DNA of 64,000 nucleotides from an uncultured virus (IMG/VR IMGVR_UViG_3300008266_011056) (lineage: Duplodnaviria > Heunggongvirae > Uroviricota > Caudoviricetes), in IMG/VR virus record IMGVR_UViG_3300008266_011056, one strand, 5' to 3'. Position numbers and translations under genes: made by a program. Below, in pieces: positions 1-8,208 of this stretch. Numbering within the stretch: the first letter of the stretch is position 1; each line of letters opens with the position of its first letter. The notes beneath the pieces were generated by a model, which worked only from the letters and a program-made list of their open reading frames with translations, was not told the DNA's origin and ran no database searches.

Positions 1-3
1 ACT

Positions 4-177
4 TTAGCCATTTAATTGTTTGCTCAATACTTCGATTTCATCTTTAAGTTGTAGTTTCTTCTTTTTCATATGTTTTACAAGATTATCATCTTTGAAATGC
101 CTATACTCCTCATCAATAATTTTATCTAAATCGTCGTGTTGTTTTTGAAGCGCTTCAAGATAATCTACTTTTTTCAT
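4..177 (-). CDS. Small coiled-coil protein, YdcH/DUF465-like (57 aa, not in ORF track)
   Basis: Manual translation MKKVDYLEALQKQHDDLDKIIDEEYRHFKDDNLVKHMKKKKLQLKDEIEVLSKQLNG*. The H-x-x-L-D and KKxKLxLKDEI patterns are typical of DUF465. A further ATG (MAK...) at 11 runs off the window. Confidence 0.7.
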   Translation of the reverse strand: MKKVDYLEALQKQHDDLDKIIDEEYRHFKDDNLVKHMKKKKLQLKDEIEVLSKQLNG

Positions 178-180
178 ATG

Positions 181-693
181 CTATCCTTCGAAAAGATCTT
201 CGTTCCACTCCCTATGACCTTCACGCCATGCCATGTTGCTCTGTGTTTCTCTTACTTCTACTCTATAACACCATAAGCGATCGGCTTCACCGGGACCCCA
301 CATGTCGGGGATATATACCCCGTTTACATACTTATAAAGCATATCAGCTAGACCCTCACATCCTAACCTAGGTAGTATAGTAAGCTTAGCTAATTTTTTC
401 TCCTGTAGTTTATAAAACATATCAATTTCTGGATCATCCTGAGCTACAAGTAAAGTATGATCAAATTGATCCTCTAGGACGTTCTTCAGCTCTTTTAAAC
501 CACCATAATCAGCTACCCAATTACGTACATCTAGATGATCTGTACCGAAATAAAACTTCATGTTAAAACTGTAACCATGAATTAGGTTACAATGTGAGTC
601 GGCACGCCATTGGCGATATGCACAAGGAAACGAATCGTGATACTCTTTTGTACTTACATATTTGTAAGTTCTTGAAATGCGTTGATCGGACAT
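181..693 (-). CDS. queD: 6-carboxy-5,6,7,8-tetrahydropterin synthase (QueD/PTPS family)
   Basis: CxxxHGY motif (HCNLIHGYS), DYGGLK, FDHTLL and VEVRET; located in an operon with folE, queE and queC. Confidence 0.9.
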   Translation of the reverse strand: MSDQRISRTYKYVSTKEYHDSFPCAYRQWRADSHCNLIHGYSFNMKFYFGTDHLDVRNWVADYGGLKELKNVLEDQFDHTLLVAQDDPEIDMFYKLQEKKLAKLTILPRLGCEGLADMLYKYVNGVYIPDMWGPGEADRLWCYRVEVRETQSNMAWREGHREWNEDLFEG

Positions 694-702
694 TTTTACC
701 TC

Positions 703-1656
703 TTAATAAAACTTTATTTTTCTATAGTTAGAAGATTTATACCATTCATCTAGATCATTAACTATATCTGATAATGTACAAACTGGTGTCCATTGTAATA
801 TCATTTTAGCTTTAGATATATCTGCTACTAGCTTATCACAATCTCCAGGTCTTCTAGGACCTATGCGTATTGGTTGTTCACCAATCTTCTCAAACACTTT
901 GTTAATAATTTGCTGGTTGGACATGCCTACACCACTACCTAGATTATATACTCCTATGGCATGTCTTTCCATAGCTCTAACATGTGCTGTAGCAATATCG
1001 TTAATATGAATATAATCTCTTACACAAGTACCGTCTTCAGTTTTATAATCCGTACCATTTAATACAAATGATTTAGATTCGAATAACTGAGGAAAGATAT
1101 GTGTCGAGTGAGGTTCTTGACCATGTATACTACCTACGGATCCACATGCATTGAAATACCTGAAGGCTGTATATTTAAAGTCATGAGCTTTTCTATAGTC
1201 TTCAAGAACCTCCTCAACCATTAACTTTGTTCTGGCATAAGGTGATTGTGGTTCTTTTACAGCTTCTTCGTCTAATAGATTGTTATTAGTTCTATAGACA
1301 GATGCACTACTACTAAACATGAAGTGTGTGTGTTTTTGATATCTACTAAGTAAGCTTATTAGATGTATAGTCTTAGATACGTTATTTACATAATAGTTGT
1401 CTGGCCAATGTATACTTGGACCAACTAGGTTTGTACCCGCACAGTGTATTACAGCATCAAACTTATATTGCTGTAAAAATTCTGGAGTAATAACATCTAA
1501 TATGTCCCCCTTATAGAACTTATCTATGTAGGGGTTAATTCTTTCTCGGTATACTTTATCAACACCGATTACATTATGTTTTAACCTATTTAACTCAATG
1601 CAGATAGCGCCACCAATAAAACCGGTAGCGCCTGTAACGAGAATATTCTTTGCCAT
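703..1656 (-). CDS. galE: UDP-glucose 4-epimerase (NAD-dependent epimerase/dehydratase)
   Basis: VTGATGFIG Rossmann motif, FSSSASVY, YxxxK (YARTK), RYFNACG, DGTCVRDYIH, YNLGSG, RRPGD. Confidence 0.88.
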   Translation of the reverse strand: MAKNILVTGATGFIGGAICIELNRLKHNVIGVDKVYRERINPYIDKFYKGDILDVITPEFLQQYKFDAVIHCAGTNLVGPSIHWPDNYYVNNVSKTIHLISLLSRYQKHTHFMFSSSASVYRTNNNLLDEEAVKEPQSPYARTKLMVEEVLEDYRKAHDFKYTAFRYFNACGSVGSIHGQEPHSTHIFPQLFESKSFVLNGTDYKTEDGTCVRDYIHINDIATAHVRAMERHAIGVYNLGSGVGMSNQQIINKVFEKIGEQPIRIGPRRPGDCDKLVADISKAKMILQWTPVCTLSDIVNDLDEWYKSSNYRKIKFY

Positions 1657-1660
1657 AATG

Positions 1661-2164
1661 TTATACTTGGCTATATTTTTTATCGTGCTCTTTGTTTATA
1701 CCGTAATCACCATCATAGTTATGTAGTGCTTCGGCATCAAACGATAGATACTGACCTACCCTTGTACCCTTTTTAATCCTCGCCGTACCAACCTGAATAT
1801 GTAGTACCCCGGCCATAACACCATGATAACCAGAATCATACAAACCTGAAGTAATGAAGCAGCCGTTTCTGTTAAGAGTGCTCCTAGTAATGACCCAACC
1901 AGCTTCACCCTCTCCCACATGGATGATGTTCTCCATAACGATCTCATAAGACCCCGGTGAAAGCGTAAAATATCCATCCTCGTCAGGAAAGATTTCCGTA
2001 GACCCACGATGTTTTTTATGATCATTACTAATCTCAAATATTTGTTCGTTAATGGAATATACTTTATCTAGTCTCAGGTCTATTGCATTAGGCTGTACGT
2101 CACCTTCTTGTACATTAGTGAGAGTTGTTTTGCTGTTGGATCCAGCTACATGCTTCATAATCAC
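1661..2164 (-). CDS. dCTP deaminase / trimeric dUTPase family protein
   Basis: QPNAIDLRL, RSTLNRNG, GLYDSGYHG, RVGQ and C-terminal YDGDYG motifs. Confidence 0.8.
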   Translation of the reverse strand: MIMKHVAGSNSKTTLTNVQEGDVQPNAIDLRLDKVYSINEQIFEISNDHKKHRGSTEIFPDEDGYFTLSPGSYEIVMENIIHVGEGEAGWVITRSTLNRNGCFITSGLYDSGYHGVMAGVLHIQVGTARIKKGTRVGQYLSFDAEALHNYDGDYGINKEHDKKYSQV

Positions 2165-2775
2165 TCCGGTATAAAATAAGGATTCTCTTTTGTATCAAAA
2201 CTATGTATTTCAGACATAGGTAGTTCTTTATAGTTATGTAAGTTGATTCTGAATATTTTATTAGGTGGTAATAATGTACTACCTTCGAACTCAGTAGAAG
2301 ATATGTTTAGATTCTCGTCATAATAAAGAGGAGAAATTTCATTTCGGAAAACCATCAACTCATAGTTATTATAGTATACACAGGCAAAAGTACCATCTAC
2401 TTCGGATAACGCATGATAACCTTTATAAACCAGTTTTTCATGTAACCAGAGTGTATCCCAGTACCCTTCAGGTATATTAGATTGTTTAATAATACCATTA
2501 TGCCATAGGTACGTACCGTTAACTACACTGGGGTGCTGATTATCGTTATCTGTAGTTGGTGCTTGACTATGCCCTACATAGTAATAACCTGGTGCACCTA
2601 TTTTAGAAATAAAATCTTCAGGATAAGGTTCTCTTTCTTGGAAAAGATTTTGTATAACAGCAACTGCTTCTGCTTTAAAGATGCCTAATGAGTAACCAAG
2701 CTCACCTCGATATGCATTTAGCTTATAAAGTTTATTGAGTGTGTTTACATCAAAAGAACAGAATATAGCGCACAT
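2161..2775 (-). CDS. Stand-alone class II (Ntn) glutamine amidotransferase domain protein
   Basis: N-terminal M-C nucleophile, YRG, GHSQAPT, QHP, WHNGII, DT, GTFAC and FRNEISPL; directly downstream of queC. Confidence 0.75.
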   Translation of the reverse strand: MCAIFCSFDVNTLNKLYKLNAYRGELGYSLGIFKAEAVAVIQNLFQEREPYPEDFISKIGAPGYYYVGHSQAPTTDNDNQHPSVVNGTYLWHNGIIKQSNIPEGYWDTLWLHEKLVYKGYHALSEVDGTFACVYYNNYELMVFRNEISPLYYDENLNISSTEFEGSTLLPPNKIFRINLHNYKELPMSEIHSFDTKENPYFIPE

Positions 2776-2776
2776 A

Positions 2777-3538
2777 TTATACTTTCATTTTACTAATCAA
2801 GTCATCCCAAGGTATACTCATAGAGTAAGTCTTAGGATCTCTTTCACCTATCTTAGCAAAGTTAGCGATTCTTTCAGAGCAACTAGGACATTTACCGCAT
2901 GAGTCTCCATCTTCATTGGGATTATAGCATGTTAATGTGAAAGCAGTCAATTGTAGATTGCCTTCCATTTCCCGAAGTAGCTGTAACTCATCATACTTGG
3001 ATAGTTTACTAAACGGTGCTACCAGTTTAATTTTTATAATTCTATTTTCTGATAGTAGATCGTTTACTTTATTAACCCACCTTTGAGTAGTATCATGATA
3101 ACCATACTCGTCATGTACCTGTAAGCCACAAAGAATAGTATCTACGTTTCTCGTTTCAGCATAGGCTGCTGCAATAGACATTAAGATCATATTACGATTA
3201 GGTACATATGTCTTTGGTCTAGGATCACCTAACACTTCTTTAATCGTTGGCATGGCGATATCTTTATCTACATTGGCTGAAAAGCCTTTAGATATATCAC
3301 CTAAGAACGAAGCATCTATTACTTTATGAGTAACACGAAGTATAGCAGTTGAAATACCTGCCATAGTAATCTCTTTTGATTGCTTTTGACCATAATCAAA
3401 AGTTAAGGCAGATACGTTTTTACTACCATATTTTTCTACAGCCAATCTCATAGCAATAGTAGAATCCATACCACCGGATAAAATAACTACACATCCGGAA
3501 GTATCTGGTAAAAGGTCTAGGGCGTCATTTAATGTCAT
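2777..3538 (-). CDS. queC: 7-cyano-7-deazaguanine (preQ0) synthase
   Basis: SGGMDS PP-loop, FDYGQK, TYVPNRN, GYHD and the TCY...CGKCPSC zinc site. Confidence 0.95.
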   Translation of the reverse strand: MTLNDALDLLPDTSGCVVILSGGMDSTIAMRLAVEKYGSKNVSALTFDYGQKQSKEITMAGISTAILRVTHKVIDASFLGDISKGFSANVDKDIAMPTIKEVLGDPRPKTYVPNRNMILMSIAAAYAETRNVDTILCGLQVHDEYGYHDTTQRWVNKVNDLLSENRIIKIKLVAPFSKLSKYDELQLLREMEGNLQLTAFTLTCYNPNEDGDSCGKCPSCSERIANFAKIGERDPKTYSMSIPWDDLISKMKV

Positions 3539-3737
3539 CTCTGTACTTAGTTCTTTCTTTTTGTATACGATGAATATAAACTACAGCATCCATAAGTTCT
3601 TCTTTCAGATGCTGTATCCATTGATCAAAGTCTAAGTCAGTACGTTCAGTAGTTACCCCGTACTTATTAAACCCATGTTGCGAACGAGTTACAAACTGTT
3701 CACATATTTCATTTACATTATTATCTGGTGACTTCAT
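3525..3737 (-). CDS. Small phage protein, putative all-alpha (MazG-like) NTP pyrophosphohydrolase
   Basis: KYG...WIQHLKEELMDAVVY carries an EExxD metal-binding helix typical of the MazG-like fold; 70 aa. Confidence 0.5.
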   Translation of the reverse strand: MKSPDNNVNEICEQFVTRSQHGFNKYGVTTERTDLDFDQWIQHLKEELMDAVVYIHRIQKERTKYRDDIK

Positions 3738-4204
3738 TCTGCACCACTTTCTCTATATTCATAAATTGGCTCGTCGGGCACTACATAAGGAAAAGTTACA
3801 GGTACTCTAGATTCAAAACAGGTATAGTATGATTTTTGTTTTTCACCAGTTTCTTTATCAATATACCATTCCCAAAATACCTTACCATCGATGTCATATG
3901 CTTCACCATTCTTACCATCTTTGAATACAGAACCACAACGTTTATTTTGGAAATGTGGGTATCCACTCCTTTGTGTAACTTCTGACCATTCATCATCTTC
4001 ACCTGTCAATGGTGATAGTGGTTTAAAGTTAAGAAGTTTTTTAAGACATTGTAAGGCATAACTGGCTGAAAACCCAGAGTGACCTTCTTCAGCGAACTCA
4101 TGTACCATATGAAGGAGATGTTTACGCATAATACCATTCATATCTCCGTCATCGGTCATACCGATACGATCTAATTCATTTTCTGCATAGGCAACTAATC
4201 CCAT
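3734..4204 (-). CDS. Conserved hypothetical phage protein
   Basis: 156-aa ORF with RBS (AGGAT) and ATGA overlap; EGHSGFSA, PLSPLTGEDDEW and QNKRC..VFKD motifs that I recall from phage hypothetical proteins. Confidence 0.7.
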   Translation of the reverse strand: MGLVAYAENELDRIGMTDDGDMNGIMRKHLLHMVHEFAEEGHSGFSASYALQCLKKLLNFKPLSPLTGEDDEWSEVTQRSGYPHFQNKRCGSVFKDGKNGEAYDIDGKVFWEWYIDKETGEKQKSYYTCFESRVPVTFPYVVPDEPIYEYRESGAE

Positions 4205-4211
4205 AATATCC

Positions 4212-5135
4212 TCACTGTCTAGCTGTTTTAGTACATGCTGTAATTGAACTGGCTATGTTACCGTACGTGTAGAGCACATCATGGCTTGAAGCTCGTACAG
4301 GGTTAATATCAATACCACCTCTCCGAGTATAGAGGCATGCCACGAATAGTTCCTCGGGTTGTAATAGATCCCACAAACGTTTGTAAATACATTCACAAAT
4401 TTCTTCGTGGAAGTGGTTCTCTTTGCGCATGCTAACAATATATTGCAATAGAGATTCTGGAGTAACTGCCTTATCACCTTTAATATGTACATACACATCA
4501 CCCCAATCCGGTTGATTAGTTACTCGACAATTTGAACGTAGAGAATGTGAACGCCATCTTTCATAACGACCAATAGAAGGAACAACTTCTAAAATACTGG
4601 CAGACTCATTATAGTCTGTAAACTGCATTTTTTCTACATTACAGTAAGATTCGAGAGATACAAAATCACTACTAATAGGTCTTGTAGTATCTACATCTCC
4701 AAAGAACGCATATACTTCTACTTCACCACCGGTAGCATCACTCAAGTCTCTGGCAATCCTATCTTCTACCATCCAGAAGTCAGATGTAGATGTAATGAGA
4801 CGCGCCATGTTATAAGAGTTAAGGTATAGCTTTACTGATTTAGACTCCACAATATTAGGGGAATCAGAATCATAGACAAACTTAAGCCAACCAGAGACGG
4901 GAAAACCATTATCCAAAAGAGTTGAGAACTCATAAGCGTTCCACGCATCGACTCCCACAAACGGTAAGTCATCTTCTTGAATATCATATTGCGTCCTGTT
5001 TAAATGTCTTGGTACAGCTACTAGTAGAGTAGGATCTACATCGTCAGGTGTAACATAAGGTTTTACAACCGTACCGTCACCTGCCTTACCTAAGTGAACT
5101 GATACTAGCTTATTAAGTTCTTCTTGATTGCTCAT
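4212..5135 (-). CDS. queF: NADPH-dependent preQ0 reductase, bimodular (type II) QueF
   Basis: DAWNAYEFS, QueF motif ESKSVKLYLNS, catalytic LRSNCRVTNQPDWG, FHEEICE and YTRRGGIDINP. Start placed at MSNQ (the ORF track extends to 5144). Confidence 0.95.
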   Translation of the reverse strand: MSNQEELNKLVSVHLGKAGDGTVVKPYVTPDDVDPTLLVAVPRHLNRTQYDIQEDDLPFVGVDAWNAYEFSTLLDNGFPVSGWLKFVYDSDSPNIVESKSVKLYLNSYNMARLITSTSDFWMVEDRIARDLSDATGGEVEVYAFFGDVDTTRPISSDFVSLESYCNVEKMQFTDYNESASILEVVPSIGRYERWRSHSLRSNCRVTNQPDWGDVYVHIKGDKAVTPESLLQYIVSMRKENHFHEEICECIYKRLWDLLQPEELFVACLYTRRGGIDINPVRASSHDVLYTYGNIASSITACTKTARQ

Positions 5136-5670
5136 GCTCAACATCCTTTATATATTTAAGTACCGTATCTACTCTTTCTCTAACTGAACCTACTAGGTAG
5201 ACGGTAGTTAATTGTTTTTCTTTAATATAACTATCAAATAATGTTACAATTCTATCTCTAAAATGCCTATTAATACTTCTTGTTCCGTCATCTTCTATTT
5301 CAAATTCTGGTGGAATATAAAAGACTAGGTCATACTTTGGCATGAGTTTGTTGAATATGTTATCAGCAAAATCATATGTCTTCTGAGTTATTTTTTTATT
5401 TTCTGCTAAGTAGTGAGAGTAAACAATACCGTCTAATGCACATCTATCTGATATCATATTGTCGTTCATAAAGACATTAACAATATGTTCTTGCATTATC
5501 AATCTCTGCGTAATGTCATCACCTTCTTCATTTATGTTTAACCCATAACCCTTAACACGTCTAGTCACTTCGGTACAAAAGGTATACTGCTTTAATGCTT
5601 CTTCAGAACGTAAAGCATTAATTAATGTAGTCTTACCTACTGATTGAGCGCCGCTTATCGCTATTTTCAT
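5113..5670 (-). CDS. P-loop nucleoside/nucleotide kinase (NadR/thymidylate-kinase-like AAA protein)
   Basis: Walker A GAQSVGKTT, DRCALD motif and EDDGTR lid. Confidence 0.75.
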   Translation of the reverse strand: MKIAISGAQSVGKTTLINALRSEEALKQYTFCTEVTRRVKGYGLNINEEGDDITQRLIMQEHIVNVFMNDNMISDRCALDGIVYSHYLAENKKITQKTYDFADNIFNKLMPKYDLVFYIPPEFEIEDDGTRSINRHFRDRIVTLFDSYIKEKQLTTVYLVGSVRERVDTVLKYIKDVEHEQSRRT

Positions 5671-6196
5671 TTAACTTTCCCCACATAAACTTTTCCCATA
5701 AGTATAGCGATTTTCTCTTTAATAGGCTATACAATTCGTCTAATGAATTAGCTGTATTCGGTACGCCTGTCTGGTCGACAATAGGACCTTCATCTACACC
5801 TGCTGTTACTTTGTGTATAACGCAACCTACCCAACGATGCCTGGCTTCCCAAGCTTTTACTTGTGGGTCTTTACCTTTAAGTTCAGGGTATGCTGTAATG
5901 TAGCCGGGATGGCCGTTATAGATTTCAAATCGTTCACAAACGTCTGGTGGTATAATTCTTAAATACCCGTGTAGAGTAATCAGTACTTCTTTAGGGTTAT
6001 TATAATTATCACGAAGAAATTGCATTAGACCATCATGCCCTGCTACGTACATTGGTATACTTAGAAGTACCATATCAGGGTGATATGTTGAAACATCTTT
6101 GTTATTAGTAAGAATTAAATCAGGTGAGCGACCTAGTTCTTTAGATAGATGAACTATCTCTGATCCTGTTTGACTAAAAAAAGCAATCCAGTACAT
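5633..6196 (-). CDS. PurN-like formyltransferase, probable preQ1 formyltransferase (DpdN-like)
   Basis: FSQTGS, HGYLRII, NGHPG (N-x-H-P), YPELKG and HKVTAGVDEGPI GAR-transformylase motifs; lies between the dpdA-like gene and queF. Confidence 0.8.
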   Translation of the reverse strand: MYWIAFFSQTGSEIVHLSKELGRSPDLILTNNKDVSTYHPDMVLLSIPMYVAGHDGLMQFLRDNYNNPKEVLITLHGYLRIIPPDVCERFEIYNGHPGYITAYPELKGKDPQVKAWEARHRWVGCVIHKVTAGVDEGPIVDQTGVPNTANSLDELYSLLKRKSLYLWEKFMWGKLNENSDKRRSISR

Positions 6197-7011
6197 TACT
6201 CTGTACCTTTTACATACGATCTAAAGTAATTAATGTTTGCTTGAATAAAACTCATCTGCTCATGATCGGGTACGGAATATAATAAGTCGACCAGTTTAAT
6301 GGACTGCTTATCAACCAAACCACCAGGCTCGTAAAGAGTATTAAGAAGCCCATGAACCACAGGGCTGGAAGTATCCATGGTCTCAATCCATTCGAACCCT
6401 TGTCTATAAAACAAGAATTCGATAGGTAGTGAACAACCCAGTAGGTGATGTGGTTTATCCTTGTTAATAATTCCTTCATTTAACATTCTCGTTAGTGTTT
6501 GTACTCTACCTAGTGTAAAGGACATCCATTTGTTAGGGTGCTTATATAAATCTTCATAATAACTATAGTCAAATGAAAAAGCAATTTTATCTACACCTAG
6601 TATATCTAGTTCCTCATAACATGTAACTAGATCCCTATAATTTTTGCCTTGAACGACACCAATAGATTTTCCTGGTAGATCAGGGAATAGCTCTTTAAAC
6701 ATCATAGCATTACCAATTGTTCTTTCCATATTCTCTAGAACATCTGGTATAATATACTCTGTAGGTTTAAGCTGGTTAACATATTTTGCAAACGTATTCA
6801 TGTTAAAAGCTTCACCTAATTCAAACACCGAGTTATCTAAGATAACTTTTCTTCCTTGAGCTAGTGACTCCTCAAAAAACTTATAGTATAGTGGCTCTGT
6901 TTCAAACAGATGAACTAGAGCATAGTCATAATCATTAAATGCTATAGATTTTCCTAGTAAAGATAGTGGTACTTCATGGCTGATTAACATATATTTTTTT
7001 CCATTGCTCAT
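6196..7011 (-). CDS. Divergent TGT-fold deazaguanine transglycosylase (DpdA3-like)
   Basis: TGT barrel motifs in order: ILDNSVF (DSGGF equivalent), IIPDV, GVVQG, HHLLG, MDTSSP. No C-terminal zinc cluster. Real start may be MLISHE at 6990. Confidence 0.75.
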   Translation of the reverse strand: MSNGKKYMLISHEVPLSLLGKSIAFNDYDYALVHLFETEPLYYKFFEESLAQGRKVILDNSVFELGEAFNMNTFAKYVNQLKPTEYIIPDVLENMERTIGNAMMFKELFPDLPGKSIGVVQGKNYRDLVTCYEELDILGVDKIAFSFDYSYYEDLYKHPNKWMSFTLGRVQTLTRMLNEGIINKDKPHHLLGCSLPIEFLFYRQGFEWIETMDTSSPVVHGLLNTLYEPGGLVDKQSIKLVDLLYSVPDHEQMSFIQANINYFRSYVKGTE

Positions 7012-7342
7012 TAAGATTACGAACTTCCTGAATAGCTGCGTATCTAGTAGATTTGCTCATCTTAACTATTTCAGTTACCCCTACAATTTTTTCTTCTAAC
7101 CAAAAATTCTTAGGATATTTTTTCTTCAATCTCTCTTCTGTTTGCTCAATAACACTTTTGTCTGGATGATAAGCGGTGCAAAGAATACGTATATCCCACT
7201 TTGAGTATTGCTCTGGCTCAAAACGAAATCTATCAGCAGCATCTTTATAACCTGTGTAACCAAATTTTAAAAATGTATCACCATTTACCTTATCGGTGAA
7301 TTCTGCTAAGTATATCTTAGCACCCCTCATATATCGATTCAT
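6974..7342 (-). CDS. GIY-YIG-like (T5orf172-like) nuclease domain protein
   Basis: KIYL...FLKFGYT...DRF, a helix with E (EQTEERL) and GVTE near the C-terminus; 122 aa. Confidence 0.5.
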   Translation of the reverse strand: MNRYMRGAKIYLAEFTDKVNGDTFLKFGYTGYKDAADRFRFEPEQYSKWDIRILCTAYHPDKSVIEQTEERLKKKYPKNFWLEEKIVGVTEIVKMSKSTRYAAIQEVRNLNEQWKKIYVNQP

Positions 7343-7344
7343 AA

Positions 7345-8022
7345 TTATTTTTTAATCAAGGTCATAAACTCAGCACGTGCTTCTGGTTCACTTCTAAAAC
7401 AACCACCAAGCTTAGCTGTGTAGGTATAAGACGAATGATCTTCTACACCTCTGCTCTTTACACAGTAGTGTGTACCTTCAATTACAACAGCAATATCATC
7501 TGTACCCAGAATAAACGCTAGTGCATGATAGATTTGTTCTGCAATACGTTCCTGTACTTGAGGTCTACGTGCAAAATATTCAACGATACGATTAAGTTTA
7601 GATAAACCTAATACTTTACCTTTAGGAATATAAGCCACATGGGCCTTACCATCAATAGTAACAAAATGGTGTTCACAGTTAGACATTAGTGTAATGTCCT
7701 TCTCGATAACCATTTCATCGTACCCCATCTTGTTCTCGATGACAGTACATTTAGGAAAGTTCTCTGGTTTCAAACCCCAGAAGATTTCATTTACATACAT
7801 CTTAGCTACTCGCAGAGGAGTATCAGTCAATGAGTCATCTTCACGATCAAGACCAAGAATATCCATAATAGCAGCAAAGTGCTTTTCGATCTTGTTAATC
7901 TTCGACTTTTCTTTTACATTAAGCTTATCGATGATAGTAGGTGTATGTACACCCTTCTCACGAAGATATTCCTCAATCTTATAACCTAGCTCTGGATCTG
8001 TTTTACCGACTTGTAATGACAT
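7345..8022 (-). CDS. folE: GTP cyclohydrolase I
   Basis: [40 protein letters not shown]. Confidence 0.96.
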   Translation of the reverse strand: MSLQVGKTDPELGYKIEEYLREKGVHTPTIIDKLNVKEKSKINKIEKHFAAIMDILGLDREDDSLTDTPLRVAKMYVNEIFWGLKPENFPKCTVIENKMGYDEMVIEKDITLMSNCEHHFVTIDGKAHVAYIPKGKVLGLSKLNRIVEYFARRPQVQERIAEQIYHALAFILGTDDIAVVIEGTHYCVKSRGVEDHSSYTYTAKLGGCFRSEPEARAEFMTLIKK

Positions 8023-8208
8023 TTAGTTCTCCGTTTCCGTATCCCATTTAATTTTTAACCAAGCTCTTTCATGTATGTAATGAGCTATTGTCATGAAGAT
8101 ATTAATTATGATAGCTCCCGACAAACCTGTCCATACAGCTGTTACCAAAGTAGCAACAATTCGCCATGTAATAGCTCTTACTATAGTCCTTCTATGTGTC
8201 TCTGACAT
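8023..8208 (-). CDS. Small membrane protein, DUF2061-like
   Basis: ETHRRTIVRAITWRIVAT...HYIHERAW pattern with a hydrophobic core; start overlaps the queE stop (TAATG). Confidence 0.7.
   Translation of the reverse strand: MSETHRRTIVRAITWRIVATLVTAVWTGLSGAIIINIFMTIAHYIHERAWLKIKWDTETEN

Noticed and set aside
5633..6196. purN as a purine-biosynthesis auxiliary metabolic gene
   Set aside because: No other pur genes in the window; coupling to the dpdA-like gene and proximity to queF favour a base-modification role.
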